Below, in pieces: positions 8,495 through 19,126 of a stretch of DNA of 64,000 nucleotides. The notes beneath the pieces were generated by a model. That model was not told the origin of the DNA, did no database searches, and saw nothing but the letters and a program-made list of their open reading frames with translations. Source of the DNA: a virus; the IMG/VR virus record IMGVR_UViG_3300020451_000152, positions 1-64,000 of that record; one strand, given 5' to 3'. Position 1 is the stretch's first letter. Every line of letters starts with the position of its first letter. The translations under genes and the position numbers were made by a program.

Positions 8495-10152
8495 TATACA
8501 TCTCCAAAGGGATTTTTCTCAGTAAAGTCGAGAAGTTCGTCTGCTGCTGCTTCAAACTCATCATTCATAAAGAATTCATCTCCTGAAGCTTGAGTACTCA
8601 AGTCATCAGAATAAGAGAACACTTGATATCTAGCAGATGATGCAGTTCCAGTAATATACTCACCAGACCTGAAATCACCTGTATTTATCGAAACTTCTAA
8701 TTTTCTATTAACAGAGTCCCAACTCTTAACATATGCTTCAGTACCAGAATCAGATCCAACTACCCTCTCATTAAGATGATATGTTCCTATACCTGTACTC
8801 AAAGGAGCAGAGATTGAAATAGTAGGAGTGTTCTCATAACCAGAACCTGCATCTGTTAGATATATTCTAAACATGCTGGAACCAGATAGAGTTGCAACAG
8901 CAGTTGCTTGTATCTGACCTGCCTTAGCACCAACCATAGCACCAGTACCAATAAAGGTTGTATTAACAGTGCCAGTACCTCCTATAGAAGTACCAATACC
9001 AATACTATTAGTACCAATAGAAGTTACAATTCCTCCACCAGAAAGTGTTACAGCACCAAGTGACTTGAAGTTAATAGTATGACCAATAGCAATATTTGCC
9101 ATAGTATTAATTCCACTGATCTGCATTGTTCCAGCAGTAGCAACACCAGTAAACTCATATTGCTTATCAACAAACTGAGGATGTTGAATAGTAATTAGAG
9201 GAGGAGTAACATAGTTAACACCTGGTTGAGTAATTCTAATAGATGAAATACCACTATTAGTTAATGTCGAAGTTGCAGCAGCACCGACACCTGGCGTACC
9301 AAATCCAATGATAGGTGGTTCAACATAAGCAAAACCAGGATTAGTTAGTGCAACGAAATCAATAGCATTTAGATTACCTTTACTTGTAGTAATAGCAACA
9401 CATTGACCCAATGATGTAGATACACCAGCAGGAGATGTCTGAACAATAACTGAAGGTGGTGTGGTATACCCAGAACCATCATCATTCAATGTAATCTTCT
9501 GTATTGAACCGTTTAGTGCAAAGGTATCAACAGATGCCTTAGCAGTCGATCCTATACCAGCAAGACTTACTGTAGTAATATATCCTTCTTCGCTTAGTCT
9601 GGTATCTATAGCAGCAACATTCGTATCGATAATTTCGTCTTGTAACTGGAAGAGTTCACATTGAAGTTCGTATGTATAGTTTTTACCTAACTGGAAAAAA
9701 GGACTCTCATGTTCTACCTGTTTAATTTCAAATAGTCTCTCTCCTAATGGGAAAAATATAAGATCTCCTTCTTTGGGTCTAGTACCAAAATCTATATCAC
9801 CGTCTAATGCACCTTGCAAGTTAGTAGAGTTAAATTGAAAAGGAGCAATAAAATCCTCAAATCTTTCTCTTGATATTGTTAAAGTAATTTCATTCTGTAA
9901 ATTTATACCAAACTTAGTCATTACATCACTACCCTTAGCATAACCCTCATAGTTGTTTAGGTATGCTTCGATAATATAATTATCGTTGAATTTTGATGAT
10001 TGAACTTCACCTAAAATATCATCAGTAACTATTTGTTTCCTAGGAATGTAGTAGCAATCTAAACCAAACATTCCAATCTGTTCATCAACAAGCTGCTGAA
10101 CTAATCGCTGCTCATCAGGTGAACCATGTTGGAAAAAAGGATTTAATGGCAT
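8494..10152 (-). CDS. gp14: Neck protein (with long Gly/Thr-rich insertion)
   Basis: EQIGMFG..CYYIPR, RPKEGDLIFFPL..LFEI..VEHE.PFFQLGK, C-terminal DFTEKNPFG. Confidence 0.93.
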   Translation of the reverse strand: MPLNPFFQHGSPDEQRLVQQLVDEQIGMFGLDCYYIPRKQIVTDDILGEVQSSKFNDNYIIEAYLNNYEGYAKGSDVMTKFGINLQNEITLTISRERFEDFIAPFQFNSTNLQGALDGDIDFGTRPKEGDLIFFPLGERLFEIKQVEHESPFFQLGKNYTYELQCELFQLQDEIIDTNVAAIDTRLSEEGYITTVSLAGIGSTAKASVDTFALNGSIQKITLNDDGSGYTTPPSVIVQTSPAGVSTSLGQCVAITTSKGNLNAIDFVALTNPGFAYVEPPIIGFGTPGVGAAATSTLTNSGISSIRITQPGVNYVTPPLITIQHPQFVDKQYEFTGVATAGTMQISGINTMANIAIGHTINFKSLGAVTLSGGGIVTSIGTNSIGIGTSIGGTGTVNTTFIGTGAMVGAKAGQIQATAVATLSGSSMFRIYLTDAGSGYENTPTISISAPLSTGIGTYHLNERVVGSDSGTEAYVKSWDSVNRKLEVSINTGDFRSGEYITGTASSARYQVFSYSDDLSTQASGDEFFMNDEFEAAADELLDFTEKNPFGDV

Positions 10153-10973
10153 TAGCCTATCATATCAAGAACTGGCATTTCATATGTATCTTGCATCTTC
10201 TCTTCTATTTCTCTTATCTCAAAATCAGCATCTTCGTATAATTGTCTACCATTAAGTTCTACACCACCTGGCAATTTAACACCTTGGAACTTTATAAGAT
10301 TTTGTCCCCATTGTTTTTTTGTTTTTGCTGTTAGATATTTTTTCAGGAAATGATCATTATAAACTGAACTGTAATTTGCTGGATCCATTATTCTATAACA
10401 CTCTATTAGAATGTATGTATTTTCTGTTATGGATGCCCAATCACAATCTATGTATAATCTATTATTTCTTTTATTATATCTTATTTGTGGAGTTGTTGTT
10501 AGAAGGAAATTAATATCTTCAAGATATGTTTTAGTCATTGAATAATTTAGAAGACCATTATATCCTAAATTGAATGCAATATCATTAAGGAACAATTGGT
10601 ATTTAATATTGTACATACCACTACTAATAGCATTATTATCAAATTGATGAATTCTTTCTATACCAATAACAGAGTCAGGTACAGTTATAAAATTAGAATT
10701 CTCTTCAAATGCATCAGTTCCTTGAGTTGTAGTTGTAATACCCACATCAAAACCACCACCTCTTGCTCTACCAGATCGTATATCCTCAGTGGTAATTTTA
10801 TACTTAAGTAATACCTTTTCAACTCCATCAAAATGTCTTTCATAAAACAATTGTAATGAATCATCTAATAAATCATCAAACTGTTCATCGGCAACATTGA
10901 TCTCCAATATAGGAGCACCTAATTGCCTAAAAACATAATCTTGTAATGTTAGTCTACTATTTGGTTTTGCCAT
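10152..10973 (-). CDS. gp13: Neck protein / head completion
   Basis: LGAPILEINV, QWGQNLIKFQGVKLPGGVELNG. Confidence 0.95.
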   Translation of the reverse strand: MAKPNSRLTLQDYVFRQLGAPILEINVADEQFDDLLDDSLQLFYERHFDGVEKVLLKYKITTEDIRSGRARGGGFDVGITTTTQGTDAFEENSNFITVPDSVIGIERIHQFDNNAISSGMYNIKYQLFLNDIAFNLGYNGLLNYSMTKTYLEDINFLLTTTPQIRYNKRNNRLYIDCDWASITENTYILIECYRIMDPANYSSVYNDHFLKKYLTAKTKKQWGQNLIKFQGVKLPGGVELNGRQLYEDADFEIREIEEKMQDTYEMPVLDMIG

Positions 10974-13900
10974 TAGAAGAATCCTCCATCGATAGAGTCA
11001 GACCATGTTGGAACTCCAGCAGCGTTCGTGGTCATAACATAGTTAGAAGTAGTTAGGAATCCAACTGTACTTGCTGTACTTACTAATCTACCATCTGCTT
11101 CAAAGTAACCCATACCATTAGGACCACTGTATCCAATACCAGTGCTTCCTCCTTGATCTGAGCGATAGTATAAACCGTTCTTAAATGTAGCGTAACCAAC
11201 AACATTAAAGTTATCTTGGATTGTTACTTGACCTGATGCAGAATCAAGAACAAGTTCTCCACTATTAGTTTCAATCTTAGTACTAGAACTACCTGCACCA
11301 ATCTTGATATCAGATATAGTAGCAACTCCACTAATGACAGTTAAGTTGAGTGTACTGATACCAGTTACATTTAAGTTTCTACCTTGAACTTCATCATAGT
11401 AAACATCACCAATTACATTCAAGTTACCAGCAACAAATACATCTTGCTGGAAGGTTGCTATACCAACAAAGGTAGAGAAACCAGCAAAGGTCATCTCAGT
11501 AGCAATACCAGTTTGAATCCTAGCGTTAGTAATAGCAAAGTTAGTTGCTAAACCAGCATTAATCTTAGCGTCAAGTACATCTAGATTAGTAACATCAATT
11601 GTTGTAATTGTTGCTGCAGTACCTGTAAGAGATGTTACAACACCTACATCAATAAATGCGTTAGTTGTAATAGCAACTCTAGTCTTAAGAGTATCACTAA
11701 CATACACGCCATAGTCTGTAGTTTCTAAGCGTTTTGTATTATCGTGGAAGAGCTCTACTCTAGAATCTGTTATAAAGTTGGCAAGATTCTCTCCATTTGT
11801 TTTTTGAAGAGAGATATAGTTATCAGATTGAATAATGAACTGTCCAGTTCCATCATCTCTGATGTAACTATTATCACCCGTATGGTAGATTTTTAAATCT
11901 TGTCCATGACCAAATGTAAGATTAGCAGAGTCAGCAAAGTGACCATCAGTTGCAAATCCAACTGTACCAGCAACACCTATGACAATATCGTCAACAAATG
12001 TAGATACACCTGTGACATTTAGGTTTGATGATATGTCTACATCTGCATTGATATCAAGATCGCCACCGTATGTTGAAACACCAGTTATATTAACACGCTC
12101 AAATTGAGCAGTATCTAAAACATCAAGTCTATCTCTAGGTGATGCAGTTCCGATACCCAACTTCTGATTGGCATCAAGACGCATACCTTCAACATTATCA
12201 GTGTTAAATCTGATAGTGCCATCACTACCAGAATCATCTAGAGCAATAGAGGTGTCATTTTTCTGGAACGCATCTAACTGAATAACTGTAGCAGTTAAGA
12301 TACCTAAGATGTTTACATCACCAGTGATGTTAATATCACCAGCACCAGCAGGATCAATATTAATATCTCCTGAAGTCGATTCAATACTGTTACCAGCAAT
12401 TTGGATATTACCAAATGTACCACTGTTAGGAGTAATCGTACTGTTGTTACTACCATCAGTTATTACTAGTGAAGATAGTGCTTGTAGACTTGTTACTTGT
12501 TGTGAGAATGATACTGTACCATTTTCTTGATCAACGAAGAACGCTTCACCAACTCTGAAGTCTCCTCTTTGGTCAATACTTACATAAGATACATCACCGT
12601 TATTAACTTCAGTAACTTCGTTCGCTTGTATCGCTAAGTTAGGATCGTTTGTAATATCTGCACCAGCACCAACTTGGTTGAAGTTGAGTGCAAACATTCT
12701 TAACGAAACACCTTCACCATCAGCGATAACACCCTTTTGACCATACTCAACAGCACAACCAACTGAACGCATGTCAGCACCGAACTGACTATAATCAGCA
12801 AGGATAACCTTTGTTGCAGTTCCAATTCCACCACCTGCTTGAGTGATGCGAATATCTTGATTGCGAACTATGTTATCAGTAGTTGTACTGATACCATTAG
12901 CACCGTTAAAGTTAAGTAGTAATCTAGTATCCTTATCACCTGTTAACTCAGCAGTAGGAGCAGTGAAGTTTGCTGTGTACTTAGCAACACCATACTCTAC
13001 TCTGAAATCATCAATCCAACCTGTTACATTATTGCTTGCTCCATCAAAATCAGCACCAATTACAAGACCTTTAGATGCACCATAATCTGTAGTGTCTGAA
13101 GTCTTGATACCTCTTTGTGTACCATCAACAAATAGTCTTGTGTTTGTACCACCTCTTGCAATTGCATAGTGCTTCCAAACTCCAGTAGCAATACCAGCAC
13201 CAGATCCAGTGATAGCAGTAGTTGTACCAACTCTTAGGTCAACTTCACCAGCAGCACGATATGCAAGACTTAGACCGTTAGTATCAGATCCATTATCTCT
13301 TAAGTCAAAGAGAGTTGCACTAGAGAGTCCAGTTGTATTTGAGTATGCCCAGAATTCAACTGTGAAGTCTGTGTTAGTTCCAAATCCAAGATCTCCACTA
13401 GAAGGAACACTAATAGAATCATTAGTACCATCTAACTTAAGTGATGCAGTACCAAACTTCTTAACAGATGTGTCTAGTTGAGCACCATCATTAAATGTTA
13501 CTGTCTTAGCGGTTCTAGCGTTAAGAACTTCAAATCCAGTTTGTTTGCCAGTTACCTCTAGGTATGTGCCATCATAGTTAGCAACAACTGCAGTACCTAA
13601 ACCAGTAGTTCCATCAGTATCAAATAGAGTAACAGTGTTACCAACACCAACTGTGGTAATACCAGTTAATCTTAATCTAGTCTTACCTGCAGAGTGAATA
13701 CCAAGAGATCCAGATACACCTTTGATCGCTTCAGATGCAAAGTATGTAAATGCATTCAAGTACTCTGAACGAGCACCGTTGGTTATTACAACACCCTGAC
13801 TGTTTGGTACGATAAATGTAACCTCATTGAAGAGCATCGCTGCCTCAATGGATCCTGCTGCCATTTCAGAACCATCTATGTATGCACCAGCACCAGCAAT

Positions 13901-16900
13901 ATATGATGATGGATTAGAATCAGCAGAATTATATCCATATGGATCAGTAGCAGTTACATTGCTACCTTTATTGAATACAGTTACACGCTGTACATAAGGT
14001 GATCTAGCAGTAACAGCAATACCAGGAGCAAACTTGAAAGCAAAACCTTCATTTGCTGATGTATTGAAGTACATCTCAGCAATAGTTAAGTCTTCAACAA
14101 CTGATCTGTCATTCAATAAGAATCCATCTTTCTGCTTAGTAGCAGTAGTTGGTTTAATTTTTGTCGCTCTAAGACCACTACCTTTAACAGTCAATCCAGC
14201 AGGAACTGTTAGTGGGAATACTTCTTCATATACACCACCACCAATGGTTAGAACTTCATTCTCTCCTATAATGTTTGGTGACTTACCAACATTAAGACTA
14301 AATGATGTACTGTTTATTACAGTAACAGCAGTTGTTACACCTGCAATAGGATCAGTTGCTCTTGGATAAGTATGGTTAGATCCATTATTATCTTTTGAAC
14401 ATGTGAATGTTAATGAATTATTATCAAGAGTGATAGTATCAGCAGTTGACAATCCATGAGCAGATCCAAATGATAATGTTAATTTACCTGTACCTTGTTC
14501 GTATACAGCACCGTTAGGCGTTTTTTCGTTTCCAGACTCAGCACCACTTTGTACATTGACAGCATTACTTGCTGCAGATACAAATGTATGATCGTAAATA
14601 TTACTTATTCTTGACAGTGCATAAGCAACTGTTTTAAATGGTCTATCGTCAGTGCGTCCACGAGAAGGTGCATTGTCATCAACACCATGTTTATCAACAA
14701 ACCATACATCTGTTGCTGCATTGATAGTAGCAATACCAATCTGTGCAGGTTCACGCCATGTTATTGTTCCAGCATCATCAGTACTTAAAATATGCTGAGT
14801 ATTGATACCAACGACTCCAGTAGAGTCATATAGAGAAGTTATATAACCAGCATTGATCTTAGCAGTTAATGCATCAAGGTCAGAAACATCAATTGTAGTT
14901 ATAGATGCAGCAGTACCAACGATGTCTGTGATAATACCAGAGGTAATCTTGACATCCTTAAGATCTGCAGTCTCAGTATCAAAGGTTGTGATAGTGGCAT
15001 AAGTACCAACTATTGATGTTATAACACCAGCAGTGATCTTAGCATTAACAATATCTCCTTCTTGTACATCGAGAGTTGTAATAGTTGCTGCAGTACCGAC
15101 AACATCAGTAACAGCGATTCCAGTAAAACTTAAGTTATCAGCACTAAGAGTTGTTATATGTGCTGTTGTGATAGTTGCGTAAGTACCAACCAATGATGTT
15201 ACAACACCAGCAGTGATCTTAGCATTTACTATATCTCCTTCAGTCGCATCAATCGTTGTGATTGTAGCAGCAGTACCAACAATGTCAGTAATGATACCTG
15301 AAGTAATCTTAACATCTTTAAGATCTGCAGTCTCAGTATCAAAGGTCGTAATGGTAGCATATGTACCAACCAATGATGTAATGATACCAGTTGTAACCTT
15401 AACATCGTTAAGATCAGCAGTCTCAGTATCAAATACTGTTATAGTTGCATAAGTACCAACTTGAGATGTAATGATACCAGCAGTAATCTTAGCATCTAAA
15501 ATATCAGCAGCATCTAAATGTGCTGTACCATCAATGTAAATATCTTTCCATTCTCTATCTGTAGTACCTAGATCGTGAGTGTCATCAGCAGCAGGATTGA
15601 ATTTTTGGTTAACAGTCCAAGCACCTCTTGTTAGATCCCACTCAATAGTTTTATCAGTAGTACCTTTTAAAGTAATACCACCACCAGAAGCGGAAGCATC
15701 TGAGGCAGATCCAGAAGTGGTTACACCAAGTTCAATGTTCTTATCATTGACCTGCATGATAGCACTTTGCAGGTATGATGTTGTTCCTTCAACATCAAGA
15801 TTACCCTTTATTAAAGTGTTACCAGTAACAGTTAGTGCTCCACCAACTCTTGCATCTCTTGTAACATCTAAGTCAGTGATAGTAGAATATGTACTGACTA
15901 AAGAAGTAACAACTCCAGCAGTGATCTTGCCGTAAACGGCATCCATGTAATCAAAGTCTGCTTGAGTATAAGTAACACCAAAACCAGATAGAGATGTAAC
16001 AACACCAACCGTGATATATGCGTTAGTTGTTAGACCAACTTCATTACGGAAATAAGTTGCATCAAAGTCAGTTGCTAAACCAGCAACAATTTTTGCTTGC
16101 TCAATATCTGCGTTGATAAAATCAACATTAGTAATAGTAGCAGCAGTACCAACTGTATCAGTTACAGCAAGTCCAGTTATATTAGTTTGCTTCGCATCTA
16201 GGGTCTCAATATCAACCACACTGATAGTTGAATAAGTACCAACATAAGATGTTACAACACCTACATCAATATAAGCATTTGTTATAATACCAACTTGATT
16301 GACTAAGTTAGTTACCGCTAAATCAGTAGCAAGACCAACTGTAATTTTAATATCTTCTACATCTACATCAACAAAATCAGCTCTGGTAATTGTTGCTGCA
16401 GTACCAGTTTGATCTGTAATAATACCAGTTTGAATCTTGGCATATGTGATTGCTAGATCAGTTGCTAAACCAGCAGTGATCTTGATATCCTCAATACCAA
16501 TATCATTAACATCTAATTGAGGTATAGTAGCAACACCAGTGATGTTGACATCACCATCTACATCGAGCAACGCTGTAGGAGTTGTGGTTCCAATACCAAC
16601 CCAACCGTCACTATTACCTGAAACCCACTTAACATCACCTGAACCAATTATTAACTGATCATCTTGCTCTGGATATCTAACATCTTGTCCTTTACCAATG
16701 ATAACATTGTTATTACCAGTGTTATTAGCACCAGCAGAATTACCAATGGCAACATTATCACTACCCATTACATTGTAAAGGGCAAATGCACCAATAGCAA
16801 TATTATTACTTTGGTTGGTTGATATACCAGCACCCCATAGTGCTTGTCTACCTATACCAATGTTCTGATCGTGATCTTCCTTACCACTATTTGTTGTGAT

Positions 16901-18202
16901 ACCAGCTCTTACTACTAAGAATCCATAGGTATCAGTTAATCCAATACTACCAGTTGATAGGTAGATAGCATCGTTTAGATCAGTTAATAAAGCAAAATTA
17001 TCCTGCCCCTTAACTGTAAACTGTTGACCAATTAATTTTGCTAGATGAGCATTAGTACAAGTACCAATGTTAAATGATAGGTTGCCAGTAACAGCATTAT
17101 TAATTGTTCCTAAGTCACCAAGACTCTGGATAGCAATTGCAAAGTCACCACCTTCTAGGTTAGCAAAATTATCTGTAGTACCATATACTCTGTAAGCATA
17201 TGGATCATTTGTTAGAGAACTAGTATCAGAGAATGAAATACTACTCGCATCACCAGTCTCACCATAAGTAATGACAGATTGAGAACCTAAATCCTGTCCA
17301 ACTTTATCACCAATATAGATGTTATGTGAACCTTCTGCTTCTTGTCCAGCAAAGTTACCTAAGAAAATATTAGATTCTGCTTTAGTTTGACCACCTTTTT
17401 GGAAGGCACTGTTACCAATAGCAATGTTTCTCTTAGTATCTGCTGCTAAACCAGCTTGATTACCAGCGTAGTTACCAATGAACATACCCTGACGGTCATT
17501 ACCATCAGTCTCTAATTTACCTGCTTCTCTACCAACTCTAATTAACTGAGTTCTGAAGTCATAGTTGTTCTCAATAGTTGAGATACCACTAATAGTTAAG
17601 TTCTTAGTAGTCGTAGCATGACTTACATTAATCTGCTCAAACTGTGCAGATGTAGCATTCCAATCATTATATGTACCAGCAACACCAGCAATAGCACTGA
17701 CAAGACCAACTCTGTTTGTAAAGTATGGAGTATCAAGTGTTGATGTAATGCCAAGAGTGGCAATAGTACCAATACCATTGATCTGAATATTTCTACCAGT
17801 TACCTCGTCATATGAAATATCTCCTGTTACATTTAACTGTCCACCTACTGTTAGGTCACCAGATACAGTGGCTGCAGATCCAACAACTAAATCAGTTTGA
17901 ACATTCCAAGATACAATTTGCCCTGAAGGGTTAAGAATAACCGCTTTAGATGCAGTTGGTTTACCAAAGTCTGCAGGGTTATCGGGCAGCATTTGTGTAT
18001 AGTACTCACCACCAATCGGTATGGGAGCTGCTGTATTACCCGAAGGGTCACCAATATATAATTTCTTGTAAGACTTACCAGCACCTACATTTGTAACATC
18101 ATAGGTGTAAACTAGTTCACCAAAAGATACACCAGTTCCAACTGGTGCTGCGGTTGGTGGAGAGGTTCCTTGCGTCCTCTTAATTAGAATAGTAGCAGAC
18201 AT
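10973..18202 (-). CDS. Long fibre / receptor-binding virion protein (2409 aa) with ~30-aa repeats and LamG-like domain
   Basis: N-terminal ILIKR..GELVY fibre head; tandem KITAG..T..VGT.ATIT..D repeats; DFTVEFW...WKHYAIAR...GWIDDFRV LamG motif; C-terminal IDGGF. Confidence 0.85.
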   Translation of the reverse strand: MSATILIKRTQGTSPPTAAPVGTGVSFGELVYTYDVTNVGAGKSYKKLYIGDPSGNTAAPIPIGGEYYTQMLPDNPADFGKPTASKAVILNPSGQIVSWNVQTDLVVGSAATVSGDLTVGGQLNVTGDISYDEVTGRNIQINGIGTIATLGITSTLDTPYFTNRVGLVSAIAGVAGTYNDWNATSAQFEQINVSHATTTKNLTISGISTIENNYDFRTQLIRVGREAGKLETDGNDRQGMFIGNYAGNQAGLAADTKRNIAIGNSAFQKGGQTKAESNIFLGNFAGQEAEGSHNIYIGDKVGQDLGSQSVITYGETGDASSISFSDTSSLTNDPYAYRVYGTTDNFANLEGGDFAIAIQSLGDLGTINNAVTGNLSFNIGTCTNAHLAKLIGQQFTVKGQDNFALLTDLNDAIYLSTGSIGLTDTYGFLVVRAGITTNSGKEDHDQNIGIGRQALWGAGISTNQSNNIAIGAFALYNVMGSDNVAIGNSAGANNTGNNNVIIGKGQDVRYPEQDDQLIIGSGDVKWVSGNSDGWVGIGTTTPTALLDVDGDVNITGVATIPQLDVNDIGIEDIKITAGLATDLAITYAKIQTGIITDQTGTAATITRADFVDVDVEDIKITVGLATDLAVTNLVNQVGIITNAYIDVGVVTSYVGTYSTISVVDIETLDAKQTNITGLAVTDTVGTAATITNVDFINADIEQAKIVAGLATDFDATYFRNEVGLTTNAYITVGVVTSLSGFGVTYTQADFDYMDAVYGKITAGVVTSLVSTYSTITDLDVTRDARVGGALTVTGNTLIKGNLDVEGTTSYLQSAIMQVNDKNIELGVTTSGSASDASASGGGITLKGTTDKTIEWDLTRGAWTVNQKFNPAADDTHDLGTTDREWKDIYIDGTAHLDAADILDAKITAGIITSQVGTYATITVFDTETADLNDVKVTTGIITSLVGTYATITTFDTETADLKDVKITSGIITDIVGTAATITTIDATEGDIVNAKITAGVVTSLVGTYATITTAHITTLSADNLSFTGIAVTDVVGTAATITTLDVQEGDIVNAKITAGVITSIVGTYATITTFDTETADLKDVKITSGIITDIVGTAASITTIDVSDLDALTAKINAGYITSLYDSTGVVGINTQHILSTDDAGTITWREPAQIGIATINAATDVWFVDKHGVDDNAPSRGRTDDRPFKTVAYALSRISNIYDHTFVSAASNAVNVQSGAESGNEKTPNGAVYEQGTGKLTLSFGSAHGLSTADTITLDNNSLTFTCSKDNNGSNHTYPRATDPIAGVTTAVTVINSTSFSLNVGKSPNIIGENEVLTIGGGVYEEVFPLTVPAGLTVKGSGLRATKIKPTTATKQKDGFLLNDRSVVEDLTIAEMYFNTSANEGFAFKFAPGIAVTARSPYVQRVTVFNKGSNVTATDPYGYNSADSNPSSYIAGAGAYIDGSEMAAGSIEAAMLFNEVTFIVPNSQGVVITNGARSEYLNAFTYFASEAIKGVSGSLGIHSAGKTRLRLTGITTVGVGNTVTLFDTDGTTGLGTAVVANYDGTYLEVTGKQTGFEVLNARTAKTVTFNDGAQLDTSVKKFGTASLKLDGTNDSISVPSSGDLGFGTNTDFTVEFWAYSNTTGLSSATLFDLRDNGSDTNGLSLAYRAAGEVDLRVGTTTAITGSGAGIATGVWKHYAIARGGTNTRLFVDGTQRGIKTSDTTDYGASKGLVIGADFDGASNNVTGWIDDFRVEYGVAKYTANFTAPTAELTGDKDTRLLLNFNGANGISTTTDNIVRNQDIRITQAGGGIGTATKVILADYSQFGADMRSVGCAVEYGQKGVIADGEGVSLRMFALNFNQVGAGADITNDPNLAIQANEVTEVNNGDVSYVSIDQRGDFRVGEAFFVDQENGTVSFSQQVTSLQALSSLVITDGSNNSTITPNSGTFGNIQIAGNSIESTSGDINIDPAGAGDINITGDVNILGILTATVIQLDAFQKNDTSIALDDSGSDGTIRFNTDNVEGMRLDANQKLGIGTASPRDRLDVLDTAQFERVNITGVSTYGGDLDINADVDISSNLNVTGVSTFVDDIVIGVAGTVGFATDGHFADSANLTFGHGQDLKIYHTGDNSYIRDDGTGQFIIQSDNYISLQKTNGENLANFITDSRVELFHDNTKRLETTDYGVYVSDTLKTRVAITTNAFIDVGVVTSLTGTAATITTIDVTNLDVLDAKINAGLATNFAITNARIQTGIATEMTFAGFSTFVGIATFQQDVFVAGNLNVIGDVYYDEVQGRNLNVTGISTLNLTVISGVATISDIKIGAGSSSTKIETNSGELVLDSASGQVTIQDNFNVVGYATFKNGLYYRSDQGGSTGIGYSGPNGMGYFEADGRLVSTASTVGFLTTSNYVMTTNAAGVPTWSDSIDGGFF
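14880..16500 (-). repeat. Tandem ~90-bp coding repeats in fibre shaft
   Basis: Near-identical DNA copies, e.g. ttaagatctgcagtctcagtatcaaaggt near 14958 and 15318, and aacaccagcagtgatcttagcatt near 15023 and 15203. Confidence 0.8.
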
Positions 18203-18418
18203 TTAGTATTCTCCTCCGTCAACAGTAGTGGTTGGCAGAGTGGTCTGTGTTACGAACTTAGCAGACGCTGAGTCGTAAACTAGAAAACTACCATTTGTTA
18301 AGGCATTAGCGTTTACATCGGATAGTAAAACTAGTTTACCTCCACCGCCTCCTCCTCCTAGTGATCCACTGGCAATAACCTTAACTTGGCTGCCAGTACC
18401 AATTCGTAATGATGGCAT
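18203..18418 (-). CDS. Small fibre-associated virion protein
   Basis: LSDV...NGSFLVYD...VDGGEY motif typical of fibre accessory proteins. Confidence 0.7.
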   Translation of the reverse strand: MPSLRIGTGSQVKVIASGSLGGGGGGGKLVLLSDVNANALTNGSFLVYDSASAKFVTQTTLPTTTVDGGEY

Positions 18419-18756
18419 TACCTTGTTACCCCTGCTCTAACATTGATCATTCCTTCAACGACCTTTACTTTAGAACCAGTATTGTCTGTCAAAACAACAT
18501 CATACAAATAGCGACCTGGTCTGATATCGGTTGTTATGCTTGATGCCATAGAGATTTGTATCTCTCCATCAGTGGCACTAGATATTGTCGAGGCAAACGC
18601 AACATAGCTGTTGCTACCTGCCCACTTCCGCAGTTGTGAATTTACTGAAAAACCCGACAGATTTAGGGTAGTATTGTTATCGTTATCACCAAGAGCAAAT
18701 AAATGTTCAAATTCAGTACCCGATTCTATCTGCAAGTTAGAGACAAAAACTGCCAT
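18418..18756 (-). CDS. Virion structural protein (BppU-like Ig fold)
   Basis: NLSGFSVNSQLRK...GRYLYDVVL...VVEG. Confidence 0.75.
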   Translation of the reverse strand: MAVFVSNLQIESGTEFEHLFALGDNDNNTTLNLSGFSVNSQLRKWAGSNSYVAFASTISSATDGEIQISMASSITTDIRPGRYLYDVVLTDNTGSKVKVVEGMINVRAGVTR

Positions 18757-18776
18757 CTTTAATGCTGACTATTATC

Positions 18777-18932
18777 CTATAAGGTATTTAGTTTCTTTAT
18801 CTCTACTAAAAGTGTATCCACCTTGTTTTCGAGTCTTTCTACACTAGCTTTTAGTATTTCTATATCATTAACTTCAGAAGGTCCAGCATCACCATAGTGA
18901 TATTTTAAAAATTCTGTGTGTCCGTCTCTCAT
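18777..18932 (-). CDS. Small coiled-coil protein (51 aa)
   Basis: Manual ORF MRDGHTEFLKYHYG...IEILKASVERLENKVDTLLVEIKKLNTL, ATGA overlap. Confidence 0.5.
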   Translation of the reverse strand: MRDGHTEFLKYHYGDAGPSEVNDIEILKASVERLENKVDTLLVEIKKLNTL

Positions 18933-19126
18933 AATTTCTCTACAATTTTTGCGAGCATACTCTTTATCTCAGAGATCTCTTCTTTCATACTATCTAGTTC
19001 AGCTCTCTCAAGTTGTTTTTTATTTTTTGCTTGCATGTAGGCAGTATAAGAGGAGCTATCGGTGTTTACGATAGCTCCTGATTTCTCGTCTCTATACAAG
19101 TGTGGGTGTCCTTCAACTCTCTGCAT
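18929..19126 (-). CDS. Conserved small protein downstream of VrlC-like gene
   Basis: VEGHPHLYRDEKSGAIVN motif plus coiled coil. Confidence 0.8.
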   Translation of the reverse strand: MQRVEGHPHLYRDEKSGAIVNTDSSSYTAYMQAKNKKQLERAELDSMKEEISEIKSMLAKIVEKL

